From: Bugula neritina
Lineage: Eukaryota > Animalia > Bryozoa
Assembly: GCA_964035545.1 (NCBI GenBank)
Contig: OZ037766.1
Location: 11,832,722-11,896,721 of the forward strand
DNA length: 64,000 nucleotides
Direction: 5' to 3'
The notes under the pieces were generated by a model, which worked only from the letters and a program-made list of their open reading frames with translations, had not been told where the DNA came from and made no database searches. A program made the position numbers and the translations under genes. Below, one piece after another: positions 38,801-53,124 of this stretch. Each line of letters opens with the position of its first letter. The first letter of the stretch is position 1.

Positions 38801-39091
38801 CATTCACTACTTCTGCTAACACTTATTATACTCTATTGTATCATGCTAGTTTTTAGTGATACAAAAGAGAAAACAACTACACTGTTTTTATGTTCATACA
38901 TATTTTTCCTCCTAAATAATAATTAATCCCTCAATTACTTGGCGTAGCAATCCTCTGCTTTTCAATTCATTACTTTTTCAAACTCATTGACATTGATTGT
39001 GCTGCATATATACTCACCCCTAGTACTAATGGAAGATATCCATGTAGGCATGGTTGTACCGTAAAACCATACATGTGTTTTCCGGTTTTAG

Positions 39092-40173
39092 GTGACGGTC
39101 TTAGAGTCAGTAGATAACCCGACCCATCGCCTTTGTCTGTGTAATATTCACTTGTACTTTCATCCAATGGCAGAGGCTGTTAGATTGATTCAAACAACAG
39201 TGTCTCTGCATCACATTCAGCACATCAAATGCTTGTGCAAGTCTCAAGAGTGTATGAAACAATCACCTGGACACTGAATGTATACACATGTGTTATAAAC
39301 ATTTCCAACAGAAACAACTATAGCCTGATGTGTCATCAATTATCCTGCTGGTTTCATAATCACAAGATGTCCACGGTGTTTTGTGGTGACTAATTTTTTA
39401 CCTGATGAGCAAACAGTGCAGTTTATTCTTAATAGATATATTGACCAGTCTGACAAAGTCTTTTCACAGGGTTTGTATTACTGAGTATTACTGCATGTAT
39501 TGTTACATGGGTATTACTATATTACTATATAATTATTACTAGGTAACAAGTATTACTATATTTTTCAATAAGATTTACCTTTGAGTTAACTGTGACATGC
39601 TCTAGATATTTGGTAACAAATAAACATGGACCTTCTCAAACTGCAACATACAGTATTCCTTTTAAAATTATTAGATATGGAGTTGTCTACACTATATTGA
39701 AGTTTTAAAATTGTTCATGTTTTAGTAAATATACACGGCTTCACAATATATGCATTACAGTCATTACATATTAGATATAATATAATATGCTACAGTTGTA
39801 ATATACTAACATTGATGCATAAACAGGTGCAACCTGTAGTTAGGCCACATATTTAGATGTCACTCAATGTGCATAAACTTTGTAATGCACCACAAATTTT
39901 ATCTATCATCCTTTCTCAAATGATGTGTATAAAATGTCTGGTTTGGAGTTGCGACACACTTTGCAGTTCTCATTAGCCAGTGGTTTCTCTCAGTTTACAA
40001 ATTATGTGCCAGTATTTAAGGAATGCATAGACTACATATTCTATGAGACAGAGCATATCTGTGTAGAGTTCGTAGTACCTATGCCGTCTGAAGTTCAATT
40101 AGGTGGACGCAGTCCTAATGAAAACTTTCTTTCTGACCATATTCTCGTTATTTGTGACTTCTGTTGGAAGTAA
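39092..40173 (+). pseudogene. PDE12: PDE12-like 3' exons (39092-~39250, 39358-39470, 39920-40173), disabled
   Basis: VTVLESVDNPTHRLCLCNIHLYFHPMAEAVRLIQ. STVFCGD(t)NFLPDEQ carries the same 2-nt deletion as the 17-kb copy. Acceptors are mutated (AG>AT at 39356-57, AG>AA at 39918-19). A further degenerate exon is possible near 38747. Confidence 0.85.
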
Positions 40174-43060
40174 TTATGTTTGCAAATCTCTCCGTTTATG
40201 TAACTTGGAGTATAGCCCAAAGTTAAACAGCTAATCTCTCGTATATCAAAATACAATTTCATTTACTTTCTATATACTAAATATGAGGTTGTTTTTCTTT
40301 TTGTAAGTGTTCCTTGCCATTTTGTCGTGTTTTAAATGAGTGAGTGTTAAGAGAATTAGTTATATACATTAGGAAATCGTCAAAACATGCCTTGACATGA
40401 GGATATATTTACCATCTTTTGAAACAATAGGCTTATAGGCCATACCAAGTTAAACCATTTAACTTTATTCATATGCTTTTTAATTGGTACTTTTTAAACA
40501 GGAGTTGTTTAGAATTGCAGATTCATTTGGCTGACTAAGAGAAGCAATTACAAACTTTTTACATTATTGAAGTTGTGCAACAGTTTGCCATTATGTAATG
40601 ACTTATCGTAAAACTCAACTTGCTTTTTCATGATGCCCAGAAGTATTTTTCAATATGTTCTACCTGTATTATGAATTTTTACTTTAATGTTTTTTTATAT
40701 TAAACATTATCTTTTATAAAAGCACAAAAATCAGTTCAAATATAAATTAAATGTTTCTTTCTTGATAAAAATTTAAATACTTCTCAGTTTAATAAAAAAT
40801 GTGTAATCAAATCTATAGATCTGTTAACTGAGTAATGAGTAGTGACAGTATGTAATCAGCTAGGTTGGTTGTAGAATGGTTTATTATTGATCAGAGTTTA
40901 AAAATAGTAGAACCCACCACTTGTGTTGCAGGCAGTTTTCAATGTACTAATAATTTGTATTAATAATAAAAAAATATCAATTAATAATAAATGACATTAA
41001 ATTTTATTACATTTTAGTGTTCTATATGTTTTGTTGTGAATTTAGGAAGCCTCTATGCTCAATGAATGATTTTCCCCTCCTTGCTTCTTCTAACCCTTAA
41101 AAAGGTAAAAGCTAGAATCATAATCACAGTCAACCGACACTAGTAAAGGAAACAATTGTTGATTAAATTACCTGGTAAATTCAACATAATCATGAAATTA
41201 GGCTAAGATGTCAACAATCCTACAACAATTTTATTCTAACTTTATATTCCTCTAATCAAATATATTATAGCACTTTATTAATATTGCTAAATCAATTTGA
41301 AAATTATTCAATCATTTTTAGGGATTGTATGCTACAGTAGCAACTCTTGTTACAGAACTGCATGTATATAGTCGACTATATTGTTATTGTAATAAAATAA
41401 TGGTGGGTTGTATTAAACATGCAACAAATTTATCACCAATTAAATAGGTCAGCTATAAGTACCAAGGAAACACATTTACTTCTCTTACAACACTGACAAG
41501 ACCAGAACTGAATGGAAAGTTTTATGTTTTCTATATCTTTTATGCAAATTACTGAGGGTCACAGTGTTTTAATACAAACAATTATACATCTCTGTATCAC
41601 TACTTTTTCTAGTTGAAGAAATAACCAATTTTCAATGCAAAGATTAGTATATCTCAATTGTCAAAAATAGGCATTTAATGTTTGATTACTAAAAATTATA
41701 TAGACAATACTAGACCAATTGTTAAGTAAAGTCCAGCTGCATCACACAGGAGTGCTTTTGAAACATCCAGCATATTAAATAAAAAATGAGCTAGCCATGC
41801 TTTTCCTGTTCAATTAAATTACTCTGTTTTCTGTAATATCAAATGTCAATTATACAAACAAACAAACATACATACACACTTGAACTACCAATTTATGGCT
41901 AACTATTAGTTTCACTAAATGTAATAGAACATATTCCTGATCTACTGCAAGAAGAACAATTATAAAGCAATCTGGCATACTATAATCTATTCTTGAAAAT
42001 ATAAACTACAGTAGTTATATAGCCATTTATAATAGCCATTATAACGTTGTGCATTAAGCAAAGTAATGCTGAGGTCATAATATAAAGGGTAAAAAGTTTT
42101 GCAATTGCTATATAGTAGGCCCGCTGCATAGTTTCTGTAGCATTACTATAAGTATAATTTGTTGTATGAAAGTTCATTTACCCATTTGGTAAACTTAAGT
42201 ATATGGTTATATTATTGCTTTATAATAACTCAGCCTAATATTATATTAAAGTAATGAAATATACTTTTATGAGCAAGTGAAGGAGTTACTCTAGCTGTCA
42301 TTCCTTTACATCTTTAACTTTTACCATAGTTCAGTCATTTAAATTAGGCTTATAATTTTATACTTTATAAATAATATTAAACTTTACTTTTTTGCGTTTA
42401 AAACAAAGTTAAATGCATTAGAGCATAATTGACTTAATATTGCACGAAGACCAAAATATGGGTGTAGGTTGTATACTAACAGTCTATGAGTAAAATATTT
42501 ACTTTATATTTTAATTCTATGATCCTATGATCCAGTACTTTATCAAATGTTGTAATACTTCATCAGCTGTCTTCAAATAATGTTTGCGGAAGGCTGTAAC
42601 TGTTTTCTGCATGTTATCAACAAATAGTATTTTAGCTCAACTGTATGCCAAATGTATACTTTAAAATTACAATTAGACATGTTGCTTTGGCGAAGTATAT
42701 GTAGCCTGTGAAAACAATGTCAAACTAATACTTGAGTTTTAATCCATAATGCAATTTGCAGAAGCTAGAAATTTTAACGATAGATTTCTGTAAGTTTTGC
42801 AATCATTTTATATTTGTATTCATAAATGTTGAATTCAATAGTATGCTTAAGAGAATGACACAACCTCTTGAAAATATATAACTGGTATAAGCTTATTAAA
42901 AGTGTATAGTTTTAAAAATAACAATACTTTCTATATAGTATAATATTCTATTAAAAAGTCTGTAGCATATTTTTTTCATATGTGTAATATAATTACTTTG
43001 CTGGTTTTTGATTGGCTAAAATACTATTAAATCAATTTTGAATGAACAAAATATATTGCA

Positions 43061-46000
43061 TAATAGTGGGTAATAATTTTCTAAATTGTTGAAGAAGATA
43101 GCATCAAAATTTAGGAGAAAAAATAGGATCTGGTTTGTCAACATCAACCTTTCATAGCAACTGTCACAATCCACTTCCAAATCTTCTTCGCATGTCTACA
43201 AAAAATTAAGATATACGCTGGCTATAAATAATATCAATGAGAGAATTAATAAAGTAAATAGTATATTTCTATATCTGGCATCAACTTATTTTCTGAACTG
43301 AAATTTTGAACACTTAAGGCACTTTTTAACCCAGTAAAGTAAAATTGTGAGCTAATTTTTGCATCACTTATACGTTTTCAATTTCAAAAAATCAAAGCCA
43401 ATTATTAATCATTAGCTTAAAAATCTAATTTAATGCTCTTTGCCATGAATTTGTAGTTTAGTAGAATGTCTATTTATTTTTTCATCACTTTCAACCTTTT
43501 TTTCAATTCTGTATAATTATTAAAATGTATTTTAATTCTGTTAGTATTGCAAAAACCTACCAAGCCGTGAACATGTTCATTTAAACTATTCAGAAGTATT
43601 CTTTGGTGTTTAGCTTTGGTTGTTTGGTGAAGACATGACTCAGAGTTACAGCACAAAACATTCTCTTCCCCGTCAAAACATTCTTCATAGTGTCGGTCTG
43701 GGAAAAGCTTGCCCATCTTGATATCGAGATAATGTATTTGTTGACAGTATTCAAACAACTTGTGCATGTGATGAAATGCAATGAGTTTGTGATTCTCTTG
43801 CTGTACTTCTGGCTTTATATAGCAAATCTGGGCCAACCTCAGCAGTAGTTAAATATGCAACTTATTCAAAAACCTGTCAATCAAGTACTCTGCCTTGACT
43901 GTCCACGCACTGCTCTGATGAACACACAGTTAGGTGGGCAGGTCTATGGATATGGTAATCTGTCGTCATTCTATTTTAATAATCTAAAATAAACATCTAA
44001 TAGTGGTGCCAGAAGAGCGAAAAAAACAATTTGAAGCATGTGATGTGAAGCTTCATTGCACTTTGGCAATACAAATACACTGGTTTTTGTATTGCATTAA
44101 GCTCATACTGCATGGTGTAAAATTAGTTCAGATTTCACAACAAGTTTATATAATGTAAAATTGTTAAACATGATTATTGAGCAAACAATTGTGATGACTT
44201 CTTTATCAAAGCAGCAGCAACACAATAGTAGCAGTATAATTATGCAAAATAATGATCAGTCATTGTGTTAATTGTCTTTCACTTTGACAGAAAAAAAGTA
44301 GTTAAGCTCTAGCTCCCATATACATACATATGTATTGTGTTCACACAAGTGGGTTAAAAAACGCGTAAATTAAACTGCCAGGTTACCATTTTATATTAAA
44401 TCGCTAATATTGGATGTTTTATAGCTCTGCAATTTTTTGAAGTTCAAGTTGAAATTGAAATTATTTGCTTAGTAAGTTATAGCTATAGATTTGAAAACAT
44501 CACAGTTGATAAGTTTTCTAATTGTTAAGTACTCAACATTTGTTTGTGTTGCTAAGACCAACTTCGTTATTTGGTTAAGTTTTATGTTATATTTTATTAA
44601 CTTTCTTTAAAAAAAAGTAAATGAAGTATAGGCAATAATTATATGCACGTAAGCCCAATTACCCACGTGACAACTAACAAGAAGTACATGGTGACTGGAC
44701 CATGTGTGCAAAAGCATGACAATTGAATCACCATCTGTGTGAGAACTCTGAGTCTGTAGTGGTTAGACATCACGTGGCTGTTAGTTTGGACGCTGCATGT
44801 GTCAGTTGCTACTCTTGCATAATAAATGAGGTGCCAGACAATTATGATGAATTGTACAAAAATGTAGGAGATGTAATTGTTTAAGAATTGTTGTTGTTTC
44901 TGGGTTGATAGTTGTTCAATACTCGCCACTCTATTGCTTAGAAATAATGTTTTGAGTAAATTATTACTACAACATAATGATATGATGCGTTTATGAGGTG
45001 AAAGCAGACCAATTAGGATAATGCAAATTAGAAAATCTAGAAAATTGACAAATTTGTAGCTCAAGTCAAATTCATACTCAGGCTGTATCCATAATGAAGA
45101 TGTCATATTCTATACATTGATATACCTGAAATATTTCAACACCTTTGTACAGTTATAATGAAAGTTCTCAAATTAATTCAGTTATAATCAAGTGTCATGC
45201 CAACAATTAACTGCAGTTACTATAGCTGGAAAAAAACCAAAAAAAGTCAAAATATTCCTTTTCACAATATTCATTTCATGCCAATGTAGGTAGCAAATTA
45301 ACATAATGACATCACCTAGAGAAAATTTTTCATCAACTATGTAAATATTTGTAGTTACTTCATGAACAAATATAGGAAATTCCACCCTGTTGTTTCAGTT
45401 ACATGTGACTGGCCTAAAAGCAAAACTCTCCTTCCTGTATTATTCAACCAATTCAAATAAATTTTATATTGTTATGAAAATCTTCAAGCTAGACCAAGTG
45501 GTTAGATACAGACAAGTGAATTACATAGACATGATGATAGTAGTATTAATTCTTTTCTGTACATATAGTTTGATGAATAACATTCCACATATCAGCTGAG
45601 TATTTGAAACATATATAATGTTATTCTGGTTATGTATTATGTTATGAAAAGCATAAACATAAATGCCGTAAAAATAGATGAGAGTAAAAAGATATAAAAT
45701 GTTTTATGAGCATATAACATGCAGCAGGTGTATTCATTAGCTGTGGACCAGTAGGAGTTTGTTGAAATTAACGAAATCAAAATTGAACTGGATCTGCATT
45801 GATTTAGATGTTGAGCAGATTTTCATTTCACTTGAACAGGTTTTCTTTTCGAGGTTACAACAGCTAAATACGATGTATTTGCCTAGCTTTGTAAAATTAT
45901 TACCCAATTTTTGTCAATTTCTTTCTCTTTTTTAATTTCAGTTTAGCTCTTTATAAGAAAAATTTGAGATAAACAATATTATAATCAGGAAGAAAAATTG

Positions 46001-46609
46001 AAAGTGTTGAAACAATTTGCTGTTCTTTGTAATTAATGAATGTCTTTAAATGAGGGAGCAGCCGTGGTCTAGGGGTTAAAGTGTTTGCTTTGTGAACACG
46101 AAGTCATGGGTTCGAACCCAGACAAAGGCCACTGGTGATGTTAGGAAGAGCATTCAGTCATAATTGCTCCTGTGCCTCATATGAACAAGTCCTTAGCCCG
46201 TTCTAATAAAAACCCTTCCCAACAGGGGTTTCTCACAGGGATAGCAACTATAAACTTGCGTGAGTTTTTTCTAAATGAGTATAAATAAGATTCAGAATAA
46301 CACTTCTCTATCTCTGAGAGAAAAAGTGGTAATTTTAAAGAAAATAAACGTAATTTTAATTCCAATTTCATTGTAATCAAAACCTATCAATATGTATAGA
46401 TGCATCATAATAATGATGCATATGCTGCAGTTGGAATCTATATTTTCCATGCACCATAACATTACTTTTCCATCATTTAATTGTGCTTCTTGTGAAAAAA
46501 GTCTGTCATTGCTGCGTAACATTAAAATATCTAACACATTATTCATGCTTTTAATAATAAATGCTATAGTTTTTCTCTGTTGGAATTTTACACCTAAGAC
46601 AACAAGCAT
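43061..46609 (-). pseudogene. Fifth copy of the unidentified minus-strand exon pair plus upstream decayed hydrophobic reading frames
   Basis: Donor at 43561 is in frame with ORF 43474..43836, and the terminal exon begins at 43195 (stop lost). ORFs 44639..45106, 45188..45385 and 46292..46609 share one frame and contain hydrophobic segments. Confidence 0.35.
46055..46269 (+). mobile_element. tRNA-derived SINE, copy 3
   Basis: Same element and site as copies 1 and 2. TSD TTTAAATGAG/TCTAAATGAG. Confidence 0.85.
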
Positions 46610-48249
46610 TGTATGATCTCACTCAAGTTCTATTAAGTCACTATATTGTTATATCGGTACGAGAATAAATAGAAATATTTCAACATTAATAATACAACAT
46701 ATATTATTTTTATTTTTGATTTCTCTGGTTGAATGAAATATCCTTGTAACTTAATTTACACTATTATTTTACGATAATATTTTTGTTGACAGTATGTAAA
46801 CAACTTGTGCATCTGATGAAATGCAACGAGGTTTGTGATTGTGTGTGTGTTTTATTTCATCATAATATAGTGTTTTACAACTATATAGCATAAGTTACAA
46901 GAGCAGACAGACAATTAGAAAGGAAACATAGTAACAAATAACAGTATATAATAATAAAGCTGTCGGAAGTGATGATGAGGCCCAGTGCGAAATAGCATGG
47001 CTAGTGGTACGCGGGCCCAATGTTGGCATAACCATACAAGGCACCACAGATCACTCAACAGAGTGGAGGTTATGCTTCAATTCCGTTTTAGATTTACCAA
47101 GTGGCTGTATAATCTTTAAAAATTTTGGCAACTTATTCCACAGTGCAGATATTTCAAAACTGGAGGTGCGTTGACCAGCAAATGAAGAATAAAATGGAAC
47201 AGGAAGAGATTGCAACTGATGACCAGTAGTATAGTGAGAGTGTGTCGAAAAGCTTCCTGAATAGTAGATTTTATGAGCTTTAATTAGCAGTTTGTACTTG
47301 TACAACTTGTCAACTGGTAAAATGTCTGATTTCCTAAACAGGTCTTTAGAATGGTATCCAAAAAGGTTTGCGATGAATTATATGGACAATTTTCTTTTGA
47401 AATTTTATCACTCTATCAAGATGGACCCTGGATGCATTCCCCCATGATTCTATAAAGTAGCACAGCCTGGAATGTATAAGTGAATAGTATGACATAATCA
47501 AAATTTTTTTAGGAGCGAATGCATTTAAACGATAAAAAAGTCCCGAAATTGGTCGAAGATTTAATAATATTTTCTGAATGTGGGATGACCAGTTTAAATT
47601 TCTATCAATTATCACACCTAAAAATTTTACTGCGTCAACTGCTGTTATTGGTTTGTCGTTTATTGTTAATTTTAAATCAAATTGGAACTTATTTTGATAG
47701 TTCTTAAAAATAATGTAAGGTGTTTTTTCATAATTAATTGTTAGCTTATTTATTTGGCACCATTCACATAGTCTTTTAAGATCAGAAGAGATTTTCTCAT
47801 ATTCAATGTTTAAATTTTTTGATTTTAGTAATAAGTTAGTATCGTCAGCATATAAAATTGGTGTTACATATTTTAAAGTTTCGCAAAGATCGTTGATATA
47901 TATTAGGAACAAGGTGGGACCTAGCACAGATCCTTGGGGCGGTGTGGTGGCTCGTGGAGCTACCAGCAGCACGGTACACAGGGTCGCGTAATTGACCCGG
48001 AACAATGACAGCCAATTAGCGACTTTAATAGTTAGTAGCAGTAGTAGTTTCCCGCTGTTAGTTAGTTGAAGTTAGAGTGTTGAATAATCTAGATGTGTGG
48101 AATTATTAAATGTATTTGTATAGTTTTTGTAATGTGTTCTTGTGTTTAAAATATATACTCGTTCACTCGACTTATCCTGGTGAAGTTCTCTAGCAAGTAA
48201 TTAGACTCTCTGGATTGCATATCAACCCTAATTCTGAAAAACATAACAG

Positions 48250-48267
48250 TGGTGGCAGCGGTGGGAT
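48250..48267 (+). promoter_or_regulatory. Primer-binding site, tRNA-Leu
   Basis: TGGTGGCAGCGGTGGGAT is the complement of the tRNA-Leu 3' end ATCCCACCGCTGCCACCA. Confidence 0.85.
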
Positions 48268-48281
48268 AGTGCACATCCAAG

Positions 48282-49235
48282 ATGGAGACTGAAAATGCTG
48301 GAATGCAACCACCGGCAGCAGAAGGTGAGCACAGAGACAATGCTGTAGAGGCAATGCCTGTAAACTATGTAGTAGAAGAGCGAAGGGTTCCGCGGGAACT
48401 GACTGAGGACCGCTACCGGTTAAAAGCGCCCACCTTCACGGGCGAAGAAGAGGTGGAGCAATTCATCCAAGAGTTTAGCAACGTAATGGACGTCGCCCAG
48501 TGGCCCCCTAGGGTGGCCCTGCTGAAGCTCAGAATGGCATTGATGGACAAAGCCAAGCCTTATGGGCTAGGCGTAGACATCGATAGTATCTTTGCTTCTC
48601 TGCGGGCCCGCTTCGGCATCTCCGCTACAGATGCCCGGGCCCGACTGCAGAGGTTGCGGCGTGATCTTCACACCCCGCTACGGGAACATGCCGCCGCGGT
48701 CATGAAGCTGGCACAGATCGCATATAGCGATTTGCCTCAAGCCAACCGCGAGAGGTGTACCCTTGACGCCTTCATACAATCTGTCAACGATCTGGGTCTC
48801 CACCACCAGTTTCTAGCTAGGGGAGTCACCACCGTTGAAGATGCTTTGACAGAGGGGGAAGCTTACCTCCTAGCCAATCAGATGCATAAAAGTCACGGGA
48901 ACTCCCGTCAAGTGGAGGTAGACCGCGCGGACACGGCAGCGGGACGAGAGGAGGAAACCTCCGCAACGGTTGCCGTGGCTCAGTTAGCGACAGCATCGAA
49001 AGTCACTCAACTGACTGACATGCTGGCCAAACTGATAGCAACACTGACACCCCAAACCCCAGTAGGTACCGCCGCTGGGCCCGTACGGCCACCGGCGCCG
49101 CCACCGGGGGAAACGGTCAGTTTTTGCTGGGAATGCGGAAATCAAGGACATTTCCACAGGTACTGTCCCTTCCTAACTCCGGGGTTAAACTACCGCGGCC
49201 CGCAGATGTTCCCACCTCTTGCGAGCCGACGATGA
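48282..49235 (+). CDS. gag: Gag polyprotein
   Basis: 317-aa ORF just after the PBS, with a capsid-like region and the CCHC knuckle CWECGNQGHFHRYC. Confidence 0.9.
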   Translation: METENAGMQPPAAEGEHRDNAVEAMPVNYVVEERRVPRELTEDRYRLKAPTFTGEEEVEQFIQEFSNVMDVAQWPPRVALLKLRMALMDKAKPYGLGVDIDSIFASLRARFGISATDARARLQRLRRDLHTPLREHAAAVMKLAQIAYSDLPQANRERCTLDAFIQSVNDLGLHHQFLARGVTTVEDALTEGEAYLLANQMHKSHGNSRQVEVDRADTAAGREEETSATVAVAQLATASKVTQLTDMLAKLIATLTPQTPVGTAAGPVRPPAPPPGETVSFCWECGNQGHFHRYCPFLTPGLNYRGPQMFPPLASRR

Positions 49236-52200
49236 AACCTCCAGGGAAGAAGAAACCCAGGTCACCCAGACGGGTACCGCGTGCTGGCAACCGAAGGTGG
49301 CAACAGCCGCGACGGACTAGCAAGGGGCTCCGCCCCGCCGCTACCTTTTCCATGCCCCTCAACAATCAATTCGACGGGCTACCAGCCCAAGAATCTGGAT
49401 GGGAGCCCGCGGAAGTAACGGGAAACCTAGCCTCGACACCTCCGAGGCCCACTTACCTCCATCCCAAGAGACCTCCTTCGCGACCTAAAGCAAGGGAGGT
49501 ACTCCCTGCGAGAGCAAGGCCTGAAGAGAGAGTTCAGATGCAGCCCCATGGGAACAGCTATTTCTTGCCCGGTAAACTGGAAGGCAAAGCTGTTACTTTC
49601 CTAATTGATTCGGGCTGTACCACGAACCTCCTAAGCCGCCAACTCTTCGACACCCTCAGTGCTAGGGTCAGGGGCGAGATGGAACCGTATGAGGGGGAGT
49701 ATGGCACCCTGGCTGACCGGTCGTGCCTTCTCTTCTATGGTATAATTGAGCTGACAGGACGAGTCCGTGATCAAACGATCCAAGAGACGTTTATCGTCAG
49801 TCAGCTCAAGGAGGACGCCATCCTCGGGATGCCATTCCTGAAACGGCACGGATGTCACATCGATTTTAGTAAATCTGCGATGGTGATGTCTGGGCGAGAA
49901 CTCGCCTGCGTCGACAAGTTCGGCCGCCCCTTAGTAGGAGGCGTGCAGGTGGTACGCAACTGTACCGTACCAGGCCGCTCCCGGGCTACCATTCACTGCA
50001 GAGTGAACAATAGCCGGATCTCTGGACTCGGGGTAGTCGAAGGCGCGCACGAAAGGATCCAACTTGCCAGCAGTCTGAACCAGCTGACTGAGCAAGGGGA
50101 GATCTTAGTGCAGTGTGTCAACCCCTTTACCGAACCTGTCAAGCTTCCGGCTGGATCTATGCTGGGCCGGTTCCACTCTGTCCAGGAGGAGGACGTGGGC
50201 CCGTCGCTGGGTGATGCGACGGAGGCACCCCTCCTCGCCCTACTCAAGGGCGAGGGACAGTCCCAACACACATCCGGGAGTTATATGAAACAGCCTGTGG
50301 TGGCTGCGCGAGTAACAAAGAACGCCAAGCTATGGCGAAGTTACTACGCGACTACGGCGATGTGTTCAGCAGCGGAGATAATGACATGGGACTGACTGGA
50401 GTTGTCAGACACGAAATACCGCTGACTGCAGGGACGGTCCCTATCCGGCAACCCACACGCAGGCTGGGGCCGGAGAAAGAGAAGGAGGTTAGCCGACAAG
50501 TACGGGATCTTCTGGACCGCGGCCTCATAGAGCCCGCCCATAGTGCGTGGAGCTCGCCGGTCGTATTGGTACGGAAGAAAGACGGCAGTTGGCGGTTCTG
50601 TGTGGATTACCGCAAGCTCAATAGCGTAACCATACAAGACGCCTACCCTCTACCTCGTATTGACGAGTCATTGGACGCCCTAGCCGGCAGCAAGTACTTC
50701 AGTACGTTAGACTTGTTGAGCGGTTACTGGCAAGTTCCTCTGAGTCCCGACGCCCAGGAGAAGGCGGCGTTTATCACACGGGACGGTTTGTGGAAGTGGA
50801 AGGTGCTGCCTTTCGGGTTAACTTCCGCCCCAGCCACCTTCCAGAGGCTGATGGAGCAAGTCCTCAGCGGGCTCCATTGGAAGACACTGCTGATCTACCT
50901 CGATGATGTCATCGTGATTTCCCCAGACTTCGAGACACACGTCAGTCGTCTGCGGGAAGTTTTCGAGAGACTCCGAGGCGCCGGTCTTAAGCTCAAACCT
51001 TCCAAGTGCGCTCTATTGCAGCCGGAGGTCAAGTACCTGGGGCACGTTGTCGGTCGAAACGGCGTGGCAACGGATCCCGAAAAGGTACGGGCGATAGAAG
51101 ACTGGTGCCGACCTGATGGAGGTTGCAAACAGTGTCTCAACATCGAGAAGAGGGACGGAGGTCCCCCGCGATGCGAGTTAGAGACATTGGCTCACCATGG
51201 AGCACCGTTTGACTGGGACCAGGGTCAACTCAGACAGGAGGTTGACGAGTCCCCGGAGGTTGTACAAAATCTCCGCGCCAATCCTGTACTGGCCGATAAT
51301 GTCCAGGAGCTGAAGAAGCTCCAGGAAGAGTTGCCTGGGGTAGTGGCAGACATATATCGGGCCAAAAAGGACGGGCGACGACCCAGCGAGGAACGCATAC
51401 GGCAGGGATGCGCCGAGTTCCGGCTACTCTGCCAGCGTTGGGACTCGCTGAGGATCGGGCAGGATGGTCTATTGACCATTTCTCTAGCTGCCAACGGCAG
51501 ACACCCGGAGAGGAAGAGGGTGGTCTGCCCCAGCGCCATACGCCGCGAGTTAATTTGGGACACTCACAAACAGGCCCACGCAGGAGTCAAGAGAGTGATC
51601 TCCAAATTGCAACTCCGGTGGTATTGGCCCAAAATGGGGCGGGACGTCCGGCTCAGAGTAAAGTAGTGCGAAATCTGCCAGGCCAGCAAGCGTGGCCGTC
51701 TCCCTGGTGAAGCGGGACGGCGGAGGCTATATGCTGGCAGGCCGTGGCAAGTGGTAGCTGTTGACCTGGTCGGACCCATGCCCCTGACCCCCAGAGGCAA
51801 TAGTTGGATCTTAGTACTGACTGACCACTTTACTAGGTGGGCAGACGCTCTGGCTATCCCAGATGCGTCAGCCCCAACAGTGGCCAGGGCGCTAGACCAA
51901 CATGTATTCTGTTGTTTCGGGCTTCCCGAACAGATACACTCTGATCAAGGCGCGCAGTTTCAGTCCCAACTGATGAGCGACCTTTGTCGCCTCTGGGGAG
52001 TGAATCAGAGCAGGACCACCCCCTACCACCCTCAAGGTAATGGGGTGGTGGAGCGCAATAACCGGATGCTAGGTGATGCGCTCCGGAGTCTCCTCCTTGG
52101 ACGCAGTCAAGAGGAATGGGACACGGTGTTGCCGCAAGTCATGCGTGCATACCGCAGCACCCCACACACCAGTACTGGTGAGACCCCAAACCTCTTGATG

Positions 52201-53124
52201 CTCGGGAGAGAGACTCGTGTCCCTGACCATCTCACCTACCACGTTCCAGAGCTAGACAACTCGATTCACGAGTATGCCAGTGAACTAGTGGAACGGATGA
52301 AGGTCGCACACGATATACTGCGCGAACAGCAGTGGAAGGTGCGACACGAAGATTCCGAGGAACCACCCCTCTACCAGACGAGAGATAAGGTGTAGATGGT
52401 CAATTACCGTAAGCGTCGCGGACAGGCGGCTAAGCTACAGCCCAAGTTCGTGGGACCCTACGTGATCGTCGAGGCGATGCCCAACCATACGTACAAGATT
52501 GAGCGCTCAGGACAGGTGTCTATTCAGAATGAGTCTCGCTTGAAGCCGTATTGGGCTAGCCCTGACGCAGTGGGAGAAGCCCCCCCGTTGTTGGAGTCTA
52601 GAAGGCAGACAACAACGCGTGGGCGACGGCGGCAGGGACCTGAATATGAAGTGGTCATACCGCGGGAGGAAGACTTGGTGAGAGATGAGCGACCGCTTTT
52701 ACCAACAGAAGCGCGTCCGCCACCGCCAAATCTGATTCCATCACTTCCAGAAACCGAGCCGGTTCCGGAAGTGCAAACCCCCACGGAGGGAGGGGCTCCA
52801 TCCGGAGAACAAGAAGAAGTGACCACTAACGGTGAAGTAGAGACGCCACCAGAGGCCCCTACTAACACACCGACGAGTGCGTCACCTCCCCTGGAGCGGG
52901 GACAACGTACGAGGCAACCCCCCGCATACTTGAAAGACTTCGTATGTGACTGCATTAAAAGCAGCGCGTATGAAAGTCTAGGGGAAAACCGTACGGGAAA
53001 AGTATCGAGCAAATGTGGGAGTTGTCAACACCACGGAAATATCAACTTTTGTATCGGCGGAAGTAGAAACAAAATTCATCCGCCGGGTGCACAAAGTCTT
53101 AATCACGCACCCCAACCACGCTGA
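49184..53124 (+). pseudogene. pol: Pol (protease-RT-[RNase H deleted]-integrase-GPY/F), disrupted
   Basis: LIDSGCT protease; RFCVDYRKLN, LPFGL and YLDD RT motifs; HHCC and D,D-35-E integrase (VAVDL, HSDQG, VERNNR); GPY. One frameshift near 50225, TAG stops at 51664 and 52393, and no RNase H after EDW (51105). Confidence 0.92.

Noticed and set aside
44639-45385. TRP/polycystin or GPCR identity for the hydrophobic minus-strand frames
   Set aside because: The resemblance is only vague (KVLKYFRY, GP..MYFLLV) with no diagnostic motif, and AT-rich DNA gives hydrophobic translations by chance.
51664-52395. Programmed read-through at the two in-frame TAG codons in pol
   Set aside because: They fall inside integrase (one within the HHCC finger, one at a likely Trp) and are simpler to explain as nonsense mutations.
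49117-53012. Antisense and alternative-frame ORFs inside the Gypsy element
   Set aside because: These are expected shadows of GC-rich coding sequence and show no motifs.
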